IMG/VR virus record: IMGVR_UViG_3300030107_002828 | Location: 4,851-68,850 of that record | Source of the DNA: a virus | Direction: 5' to 3' (one strand) | DNA: 64,000 nt | Part shown: positions 8,826 through 14,624 of the stretch, piece after piece | Layout of the letters: each line of letters begins with the position of its first letter | Position numbering within the stretch: position 1 is the first letter of the stretch | The notes under the pieces: generated by a model | The model's input: only the letters and a program-made list of their open reading frames with translations | The model's database searches: none | What the model was told of the DNA's origin: nothing | Translations under genes and position numbers: made by a program

Positions 8826-9290
8826 TTATTCTTCTTCTTTTTCTTCGTAATAATCTCCTGAATCTATTAACTCTTCTTTTTTCTCATCCCAGTATTCCAT
8901 GTATATATCTTCCCACCAGTGTTCTAATTCATAGTTGAAATCATACTCCATGTCTGACCATAAATGAGGTTCTACCCAAACATCACCACCTGATGTTAGT
9001 TCGTCCAGAGCTCTTGAAGACCAATCATTGTAATCCTCATAGTAATAACCATCTTGTGACACATAAGGTCTCTCGTCATGAGTACACCAGTATATATCAT
9101 AGCTATCGCACGTTGATTCACTGTATATTTTTAAACTGTGTCTATTATCAACCCAATCACTTGTGTTGTCTAATTTACCACCATATTCTTCTTGGATATA
9201 TTCTAATAACCAAGGACCATCTGGCTCTTGCATAAAGCCATCTGCTTCTAATTTTTCGATGATTATCTCATCTGTTAATAATTCTGCCAT
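8826..9290 (-). CDS. very acidic, aromatic-rich hypothetical protein (possible DNA mimic)
   Basis: 154 aa, strongly Asp/Glu-rich with many Trp/Tyr. Confidence 0.7.
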   Translation of the reverse strand: MAELLTDEIIIEKLEADGFMQEPDGPWLLEYIQEEYGGKLDNTSDWVDNRHSLKIYSESTCDSYDIYWCTHDERPYVSQDGYYYEDYNDWSSRALDELTSGGDVWVEPHLWSDMEYDFNYELEHWWEDIYMEYWDEKKEELIDSGDYYEEKEEE

Positions 9291-9306
9291 AATTTTAATT
9301 TAAAGT

Positions 9307-9440
9307 TAGTGGACGTGGCAGGAATCGAACCTGCGTTACCATGACTCGGTTGTATTCAGTGTAATACACTTCCGTAATGCCTAAAAAGGACACACATACA
9401 CTTACTGTTACCACGTCTCGGTCAATACCTTATCACGCCC
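9307..9440 (-). ncRNA. miniature tmRNA-like RNA (tRNA-like domain with Ala identity, about 131 nt)
   Basis: 5' GGGCGUG and 3' CACGUCC-A form a 7-bp stem with G3-U70. Stemless D-loop AUAAGGUAUUGAC, imperfect helix 2, T-arm GCAGG-UUCGAUU-CCUGC; ends A-CUA. Confidence 0.75.
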
Positions 9441-9446
9441 TTTTGT

Positions 9447-9704
9447 TTAGTCTAATAATACCATATAAGCTTGAGGATTTACAGTTCTAAACCAAGCTAA
9501 TCCTTTTTGCTGTAATTTAATCATCTCATCATCCCATCCTCTATGATCACCTACATAACTTAATCCCATGATTAAATCATACATAGATAATTCATTCGCG
9601 TTTAGTGACCAGTCTTCCCCACTAAATGGGTTTTCTACTGTACCACCTTCTTCATATACTGTACCATCAAACCAATCTGGTAATCTTTCATTTGTTTCTT
9701 TCAT
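9447..9704 (-). CDS. hypothetical protein
   Basis: 85-aa ORF ending WFRTVNPQAYMVLLD. Confidence 0.75.
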   Translation of the reverse strand: MKETNERLPDWFDGTVYEEGGTVENPFSGEDWSLNANELSMYDLIMGLSYVGDHRGWDDEMIKLQQKGLAWFRTVNPQAYMVLLD

Positions 9705-9710
9705 TTTATT

Positions 9711-10118
9711 TTAATTTAAGTAATTTCTTTTGTAAAATTCTAACATATAGTTTAATCTAGCCATTCCACTATATATTTTTTCTCTTGCTATCATCACATA
9801 TTTGTGAGTCACTAGTTTGTCTCCATCTAGCATAGTCCATCTAACATTTTGCTTATATTGTTTGTTAAGCTGATAATTAGATGAACAACTATTCTGATTT
9901 CTTACATATCCTGTTTTAAACACAGCTAATCTTAGTTTATCTTTAGAGTAAAACCATTGTTTATTTCTCCAATATTTTCTAGCAGGTGTAGGAAATTCAA
10001 ATTCCCTTGTCCCATTTTTAGCTTGTCTTTGTGTAGTTACTTCTTGAATACCATATTCTATGAGTAATCTTCTTACGTAAGCATCTTCAAATGCTTGTTC
10101 TCTTTGTCTCCAATTCAT
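9711..10118 (-). CDS. hypothetical protein
   Basis: 135-aa ORF coupled to the upstream gene. Confidence 0.7.
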   Translation of the reverse strand: MNWRQREQAFEDAYVRRLLIEYGIQEVTTQRQAKNGTREFEFPTPARKYWRNKQWFYSKDKLRLAVFKTGYVRNQNSCSSNYQLNKQYKQNVRWTMLDGDKLVTHKYVMIAREKIYSGMARLNYMLEFYKRNYLN

Positions 10119-10348
10119 TATTCAGATTTTAAAAATTCGTTTCCATACATAATATCTGCACCGCTAACATCATAACTATGCTTGTCAGTAAACATTAGTA
10201 TGTCTCTAATAGTATCTAATGGTAAATCATACCAACCATCTGAAGCCATAAGTTTATACTTAAGTCTTTTAGCTGTACGCCATTTGTGAGAAGCCAATCT
10301 TATCTTTATTTGATAATGAGGCTTGAGTTGTTGCCATGTGTTTTTCAT
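10118..10348 (-). CDS. hypothetical protein
   Basis: 76-aa ORF just downstream of a class I promoter. Confidence 0.7.
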   Translation of the reverse strand: MKNTWQQLKPHYQIKIRLASHKWRTAKRLKYKLMASDGWYDLPLDTIRDILMFTDKHSYDVSGADIMYGNEFLKSE

Positions 10349-10361
10349 AATTGTTTTATTT

Positions 10362-10392
10362 TATTATCTTACTATATTCGTATTATGTTTCG
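10362..10392 (-). promoter_or_regulatory. class I promoter motif
   Basis: CGAA-ACA-TAATACGA-N9-GATAATA. Confidence 0.75.
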
Positions 10393-10405
10393 TGACATTT
10401 TGTCA
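10393..10405. promoter_or_regulatory. palindromic operator TGACA-N3-TGTCA
   Basis: Perfect copy directly abutting the class I promoter; three more copies at 14165-14217. Confidence 0.6.
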
Positions 10406-10410
10406 TATAG

Positions 10411-10484
10411 ACGCGGGAGTAGGATTCGAACCTACGACCTCGAGCTTATGAGGCTCGCGAGCTGACCAACTGCTCTATCCCGCA
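10411..10484 (-). tRNA. tRNA-Met (CAU), initiator-like body with atypical anticodon stem
   Basis: Cloverleaf: UGCGGGA/UCCCGCG; D-arm GAGC/GCUC; anticodon arm CGAGC-CUCAUAA-GCUCG; T-arm GUAGG-UUCGAAU-CCUAC. CCA not encoded (CTA follows). Confidence 0.92.
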
Positions 10485-10490
10485 ATATTT

Positions 10491-10691
10491 TGGGTGATAC
10501 TGTGCACGTATCCACGCTTTCATAATTGTACTAAGTGAACATCTTGCCTAAGCTCAGAACGCAAAGTCACAATTGGGGTCTAGTGTCTAACTCATTAACC
10601 TGACTCATATTTACCAGGTTGAGAAATTTGTAGTTTTCCGCGTATCCGTTTAGTAGCTACTACACTATTCCGTCCTTCGTGTTTTAACCCA
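10491..10691 (-). ncRNA. putative 201-nt structured RNA
   Basis: Terminal stem UGGGU/ACCCA; internal helices UAGUGU/ACACUA, AACCUG/CAGGUU, AAUUGU/ACAAUU, GAUAC/GUAUC; no ORF. Confidence 0.55.
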
Positions 10692-10692
10692 T

Positions 10693-10742
10693 TAGAGAGC
10701 ATAGCGGGATTCGAACCCGCACTTTAGTACCGTAGTATGCTC
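10693..10742 (-). ncRNA. minimal tRNA-like element (acceptor stem plus T-arm, no anticodon arm)
   Basis: GAGCAUA-(15 nt with GG)-GCGGG-UUCGAAU-CCCGC-UAUGCUC-U-CUA. Confidence 0.75.
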
Positions 10743-10751
10743 TGTTGCCTC

Positions 10752-10807
10752 TAGAGGCCTTGAGGACTTACATCTGCTTTGAACCATATAGGTGCATCAA
10801 TGCCTCT
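10752..10807 (-). ncRNA. putative small structured RNA
   Basis: Terminal stem AGAGGC-A-UUGA / UCAA-G-GCCUCU; ends in CUA. Confidence 0.5.
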
Positions 10808-10814
10808 TATATTT

Positions 10815-10941
10815 TAGAGGTGGTGTTTCGGAACAGGTAGTTACTAGTATTATCATTTATACCGTTTTCTGTTTTGACGCACCCCGATCGATTCTAATGC
10901 CCCGGTAATCGCCTAACGTGACCTGTATGCCACCACCTCTA
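10815..10941 (-). ncRNA. putative 127-nt structured RNA
   Basis: 11-bp perfect terminal stem UAGAGGUGGUG/CACCACCUCUA followed by ACAGGU/ACCUGU. Confidence 0.6.
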
Positions 10942-10946
10942 TATTT

Positions 10947-11004
10947 TAGACGTGCTCGTACGTTTTTGGGTCGAGTAACAATGCCACACTCGCATCCACG
11001 TCTA
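10947..11004 (-). ncRNA. putative 58-nt structured RNA
   Basis: 8-bp terminal stem UAGACGUG/CACGUCUA with inner hairpin CGAGU/ACUCG. Confidence 0.55.
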
Positions 11005-11066
11005 AGGTGTAATATTGCTTCAATTAATAACCACGCCGTGTTACCGCTACTTTAATAAGCGCACCT
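11005..11066 (-). ncRNA. putative small structured RNA
   Basis: AGGUG/CACCU closing stem; inner GCUU-AUUAA/UUAAU-UG-AAGC. Confidence 0.4.
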
Positions 11067-11105
11067 CGATTTATGTATTAATTACTGTTATTATTACTAC
11101 CTATT

Positions 11106-11186
11106 TAGTAACTAAAAGAGGAATCGAACCTCTTTATCCGTCGATAGTATCGCGCTCGTTAAAACGTTTACGCTCCATACTTAGTT
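11106..11186 (-). ncRNA. tRNA-like RNA with canonical acceptor/T-arm and non-canonical D/anticodon region
   Basis: AACUAAG/UUUAGUU-A-CUA and T-arm AGAGG-UUCGAUU-CCUCU; the middle cannot be folded as a normal anticodon arm. Confidence 0.6.
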
Positions 11187-11198
11187 ATCCAGTAATCT

Positions 11199-11325
11199 AT
11201 TGATACCTAATCGGTTAGCTATTCAGTTATGTGTTCATAGTTTTATTCTATAGGAGATTTCGTAAAACGTCTATCCCAAACCTTCAATGAACCTAATTAA
11301 CCTACTCGTCTAACTATCTATCAAT
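11199..11325 (-). ncRNA. putative rod-like RNA
   Basis: Nested helices AUUGAUA/UAUCAAU, GUUAG/CUAAC, GUUA/UAAC, GUUCAU/AUGAAC. Confidence 0.45.
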
Positions 11326-11327
11326 GA

Positions 11328-11516
11328 TTACAAGTGCCATTCTTTTAATAATTTAATGGCGTATGATTTAATTTCATTGAAAGTTCTATCATCTAACATT
11401 CCATCATCAAATGTTACTATTCTTTCTAATTGTCTTTCTATTTGACCACAGAGCTCAGTTGCTTCTTTGTCAATATAGTCTTCTTTCATCATCTCGTATG
11501 CTTTTTTACTATCCAT
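11328..11516 (-). CDS. early hypothetical protein
   Basis: 62-aa ORF in a tightly packed cluster. Confidence 0.65.
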   Translation of the reverse strand: MDSKKAYEMMKEDYIDKEATELCGQIERQLERIVTFDDGMLDDRTFNEIKSYAIKLLKEWHL

Positions 11517-11517
11517 A

Positions 11518-11751
11518 TTATCTTTTATTTATTTCAGTGTTAGTTGTTACCATCCATTCACAATCTTTAGTGCTATGACCACATCCATATAAGAATGCTT
11601 CACACGCTTCATGGTCAGGATTCCATCCATTTCCTTCATTACCTAGCGCGCTAATGTCATATCTATATACTTCACCGTCATTAAAATCTAGTAAGTATAT
11701 ATATAATCCATTATCTCTTGCTACATAATTTATATATTTATCTTTTTCCAT
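11518..11751 (-). CDS. early hypothetical protein
   Basis: 77-aa ORF in cluster. Confidence 0.65.
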   Translation of the reverse strand: MEKDKYINYVARDNGLYIYLLDFNDGEVYRYDISALGNEGNGWNPDHEACEAFLYGCGHSTKDCEWMVTTNTEINKR

Positions 11752-11962
11752 ATATTATTCTTTCTAAATCGTCTTTTTTATAAGTTCTTTTTACTGGGTA
11801 GTTTATATACCTCGTCTCTATATCTCTAGCTTTTAATATCTCTTCATTCCATGTTCGCTGATCTATTTTGTAAAATGTATAGAATACGCCACAAAAGAAA
11901 CAAATACCACATATTATTGTAAGATATAGTAATCTTTCGAATATATTTATATTTTTATTCAT
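11738..11962 (-). CDS. early membrane-anchored hypothetical protein
   Basis: Hydrophobic LLYLTIICGICFFCGVFYTFY; ATG 7 nt after GATAAT of a class I promoter (possibly leaderless). Confidence 0.65.
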   Translation of the reverse strand: MNKNINIFERLLYLTIICGICFFCGVFYTFYKIDQRTWNEEILKARDIETRYINYPVKRTYKKDDLERIIYGKR

Positions 11963-11968
11963 TTATTA

Positions 11969-11999
11969 TATTATCAATGCTTAATCGTATTATAATTCG
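11969..11999 (-). promoter_or_regulatory. class I promoter motif
   Basis: CGAA-TTA-TAATACGA-N9-GATAATA. Confidence 0.75.
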
Positions 12000-12003
12000 A
12001 ATA

Positions 12004-12210
12004 CTATTCTCCTAGTTCTATACTATAATCTTTCTCATATAGTATATCTTCAATAGAACGATAGTCATACCATTCAGAGTCGAACCATCTATCTTCCCAT
12101 CTATTTAATATTTCTTGCTCACCATTTTGATGTCCGAGTACAAAACTCGTTGTGACAAGCGCTACAGTGATAAACGCTGTTCTTAAATTTTTATTTAATT
12201 TCATTTCCAT
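12004..12210 (-). CDS. early membrane-anchored hypothetical protein
   Basis: N-terminal hydrophobic AFITVALVTTSFVLG. Confidence 0.65.
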   Translation of the reverse strand: MEMKLNKNLRTAFITVALVTTSFVLGHQNGEQEILNRWEDRWFDSEWYDYRSIEDILYEKDYSIELGE

Positions 12211-12392
12211 ATTTTATTATATGCCGCTTTATGTTGTTTAGGAAAAGTAGATTTCTGCGGCAATTTGTACCATCTATTTCCCATTCCTTTACATTCACCA
12301 TAGATTTTTATTAATTCTCTATGTTGAGATGCGCGAATCTTTCTCTTCTGAGATACATATTCGCATAATTCTTTCATATTAGTTACTACCAT
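12201..12392 (-). CDS. early hypothetical protein
   Basis: 63-aa basic ORF. Confidence 0.6.
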   Translation of the reverse strand: MVVTNMKELCEYVSQKRKIRASQHRELIKIYGECKGMGNRWYKLPQKSTFPKQHKAAYNKIWK

Positions 12393-12601
12393 TTTTGTGG
12401 AGCTTCTATAAATGTTAAACCTTTATAGTTAAACCAGTTGTCTTTACCAAACTTATATTGGTCAACTCCATCTTCATCTTGTCCAAGATGTATTGCTTTG
12501 AAGCCAAAAGAATTAGGTAGATTACCTACTGTATAACCTTTGTATTCAACTCCATTTAGATAAATTATTGTTTTATCTTTAGTAAATTTAATTGTTTTCA
12601 T
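12386..12601 (-). CDS. early hypothetical protein
   Basis: 71-aa ORF following a class I promoter. Confidence 0.7.
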   Translation of the reverse strand: MKTIKFTKDKTIIYLNGVEYKGYTVGNLPNSFGFKAIHLGQDEDGVDQYKFGKDNWFNYKGLTFIEAPQKW

Positions 12602-12615
12602 ATTTTATTTTATTA

Positions 12616-12646
12616 TATTATCAATTATTATTTGTATTATGTTTCG
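12616..12646 (-). promoter_or_regulatory. class I promoter motif
   Basis: CGAA-ACA-TAATACAA-N9-GATAATA, overlapping the end of the upstream ORF. Confidence 0.7.
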
Positions 12647-12902
12647 AAATCAAATCTTTCTTTAAATGGTGCTTGAGTCTTCTAAATATCTTAGTTCCCC
12701 ATACATTTTCATCTACACATATCCAAGTGTCTTTTGGTGGATTAGTTGAAAGGAATTGTTCGTAAGAATCATATTTCTTCACATAGTCATGATGGATTAC
12801 TCCCCATGTATCTTTAATTTCACATTTACGAAAACATACTTGTTCATCTGTGGATGTTTCCTGCGCTCCTAGTAGAGCTAAAGTTATTAGTATTTTATTC
12901 AT
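12621..12902 (-). CDS. early hypothetical protein, possible signal peptide
   Basis: N-terminus MNKILITLALLGAQ. Confidence 0.6.
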   Translation of the reverse strand: MNKILITLALLGAQETSTDEQVCFRKCEIKDTWGVIHHDYVKKYDSYEQFLSTNPPKDTWICVDENVWGTKIFRRLKHHLKKDLISKHNTNNN

Positions 12903-13020
12903 CTTTTATAGGATTATTAAATTCTTGTTTTAGAGTTGTAAACAATAAGTCATCAAAGTATTCATCTCTTGTTACAAATCTATTCTGTAATTTACTGTAA
13001 TATGCTCTAGTTATCTTCAT
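12895..13020 (-). CDS. small hypothetical protein (41 aa)
   Basis: MKITRAYYSKLQNRFVTRDEYFDD...; overlaps both neighbours. Confidence 0.55.
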   Translation of the reverse strand: MKITRAYYSKLQNRFVTRDEYFDDLLFTTLKQEFNNPIKDE

Positions 13021-13214
13021 ATTAAGTTCTCTTTAGCATGAAACTTAGCTAAGCTCTGTCTCCATTCCCATTCGCGTTTGCGATAGTTGATGTCATTGCA
13101 CCACTTTTTCCAACCTCTACTAGTATCATTCTCACCATATTTAGCTTCGAACTCTAGTACTTGTTTTAACTTTGCAGCGATTTTATCTGCGTCATAATCT
13201 TTATACATAGTCAA
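13017..13214 (-). CDS. early hypothetical protein
   Basis: 65-aa ORF. Confidence 0.65.
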   Translation of the reverse strand: MTMYKDYDADKIAAKLKQVLEFEAKYGENDTSRGWKKWCNDINYRKREWEWRQSLAKFHAKENLI

Positions 13215-13216
13215 AT

Positions 13217-13411
13217 TTATTTATTTATATTTTTAGTTAATTTTTCAATTGCTCGATTTGCAATGTAAATAGTAAGTTCTATAAACTCATCACCTTCTAC
13301 ATCATCTAAATCAGTCTTAGTTAAACCCCAAGATATCATTTCAAACATCTTAGGTTCTAATTCTCGTGCTATTTCACTAGCAATTCTATCTAATTCTTTA
13401 GTTGCACTCAT
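13217..13411 (-). CDS. early hypothetical protein
   Basis: 64-aa ORF. Confidence 0.65.
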   Translation of the reverse strand: MSATKELDRIASEIARELEPKMFEMISWGLTKTDLDDVEGDEFIELTIYIANRAIEKLTKNINK

Positions 13412-13415
13412 TTTA

Positions 13416-13571
13416 TTATATTTTATTATAGTTTAAGTTATTAAGTTTTTTACTTGTATCTACAAATTTCATTAATTCTTCGAAAGATAAATCTCCATCG
13501 AGATACATCACCCAGTAATCTAACTTGTCATATTTTATTTCTACAAGTTCATTATTTATCCACTTTATCAT
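13416..13571 (-). CDS. small hypothetical protein (51 aa)
   Basis: MIKWINNELVEIKYDKLDYWVMYLDG...; fills gap. Confidence 0.55.
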   Translation of the reverse strand: MIKWINNELVEIKYDKLDYWVMYLDGDLSFEELMKFVDTSKKLNNLNYNKI

Positions 13572-13574
13572 AAT

Positions 13575-13724
13575 TTATAGTTTAGTTATTATTGTTTCAT
13601 ATAAGTAATCTTGTACGATTTCATTATACTTCTCTCTACAATCAGTTTCTTCATTAAATGGAAACTTCTCCTTTATTTCTTTTATTAATAAGAAATAGTT
13701 TAATTTACTATCATTTGAGTTCAT
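13575..13724 (-). CDS. small hypothetical protein (49 aa)
   Basis: MNSNDSKLNYFLLIKEIKEKFPF...; fills gap. Confidence 0.5.
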   Translation of the reverse strand: MNSNDSKLNYFLLIKEIKEKFPFNEETDCREKYNEIVQDYLYETIITKL

Positions 13725-13741
13725 AGTTATTTATTTAATAT

Positions 13742-13788
13742 TAGTTAATATGAAGAGAATCGAACTCTTCCTCGTTCCAAAATATTAA
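13742..13788 (-). ncRNA. second minimal tRNA-like element
   Basis: UAAUAU-(11 nt with GG)-GAAGAG-UUCGAUU-CUCUUC-AUAUUA-A-CUA: 12 stacked bp capped by a T-loop. Confidence 0.65.
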
Positions 13789-13804
13789 TTTAAGAAAAAG
13801 TTGT

Positions 13805-14035
13805 TTACTGTACTTCAACAACTTCTCTTACAACAACTGGTACATTAGTTGAACTTGTGTATGAGTTATACTTTATAAAACATGGAAGTGTATTCAATTT
13901 ATCTTTCATAATTTCATAAACTTCATCATGATTATAAGATACTTTCTTACCATTTTTAAATTCAACATTTATAATTGTGTTTTTACCGATTAGAGATTTT
14001 CTTACAACGAATCTCTTTAAATTTAAGTTTGACAT
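13805..14035 (-). CDS. early hypothetical protein
   Basis: 76-aa ORF downstream of the operator-flanked class I promoter. Confidence 0.75.
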   Translation of the reverse strand: MSNLNLKRFVVRKSLIGKNTIINVEFKNGKKVSYNHDEVYEIMKDKLNTLPCFIKYNSYTSSTNVPVVVREVVEVQ

Positions 14036-14103
14036 AGTTTTTAATTTTAAGTTATTATTTATTTTAATTATTTAAGTTATTAGTTATTAACTGTTTACAT
14101 TTA

Positions 14104-14134
14104 TATTATCAATATGAATTAGTATTAACATTCG
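14104..14134 (-). promoter_or_regulatory. class I promoter motif
   Basis: CGAA-TGT-TAATACTA-N9-GATAATA. Confidence 0.7.
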
Positions 14135-14164
14135 AATTCTCATAAGTGTATATTTGTTTATATG

Positions 14165-14217
14165 TGACAAATAGTCAATAGTTATTGGACAAATTGTCAT
14201 AATGTGACATATTGTCA
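14165..14217. repeat. three tandem TGACA-N3-TGTCA operator-like palindromes
   Basis: TGACAaatAGTCA (14165), GGACAaatTGTCA (14187), TGACAtatTGTCA (14205). Confidence 0.7.
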
Positions 14218-14219
14218 TA

Positions 14220-14372
14220 TTATAGTTTATCAACTTTAAAAGAAGTTATATTTTTAAAATCAATATCAATTTCAATTAGAAATTGTAATAGTTCATTGTC
14301 AATAGTATTAGTCTCATGAGTGATATATAGTGGGTCACCATGATGAAAATTGAATGTAAATTCGTAATTCAT
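14220..14372 (-). CDS. small hypothetical protein (50 aa)
   Basis: MNYEFTFNFHHGDPLYITHE...KL*. Confidence 0.55.
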   Translation of the reverse strand: MNYEFTFNFHHGDPLYITHETNTIDNELLQFLIEIDIDFKNITSFKVDKL

Positions 14373-14380
14373 AGTTATTA

Positions 14381-14578
14381 TTATTTTATTAATTTAAATG
14401 TGTTTTGTGTGTAATATGATTTTGATAATATTTTAATAACATTGTCTAAATCTTTATTATTAATTATTAGAATATTATTAATTATATTAAATGAATATTT
14501 TAATTTGTTAGAATTAAATAATAAATTATATATTATTATTTTATTTGATTTAATTATTTTAATATAGTTATATTTCAT
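14381..14578 (-). CDS. extremely AT-rich first early ORF (probable start 14578)
   Basis: MKYNYIKIIKSNK...; ATG lies 15 nt after GATAAT of the outermost class I promoter. Confidence 0.45.
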   Translation of the reverse strand: MKYNYIKIIKSNKIIIYNLLFNSNKLKYSFNIINNILIINNKDLDNVIKILSKSYYTQNTFKLIK

Positions 14579-14592
14579 ATTGTTGTTTATTA

Positions 14593-14623
14593 TATTATCT
14601 ATATAAACTCGTATTAACATTCG
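14593..14623 (-). promoter_or_regulatory. class I promoter motif (outermost)
   Basis: CGAA-TGT-TAATACGA-N9-GATAATA. Confidence 0.75.
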
Positions 14624-14624
14624 A

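Noticed and set aside
10567-10641. Frame AENYKFL... in the 201-nt RNA as a detached tmRNA tag domain
   Set aside because: Only four residues resemble a tag, there is no ALAA-type end, and no pairing to the mini-tmRNA was evident.
11015-11203. 62-aa plus-strand ORF in the RNA array
   Set aside because: TTG start, opposite to the local transcription direction, and overlaps a clear T-arm/acceptor structure.
10410-11325. CRISPR array or transposon ends in the inverted-repeat-rich region
   Set aside because: No direct repeats with spacers, no transposase and no target duplications; each stem has a different sequence.
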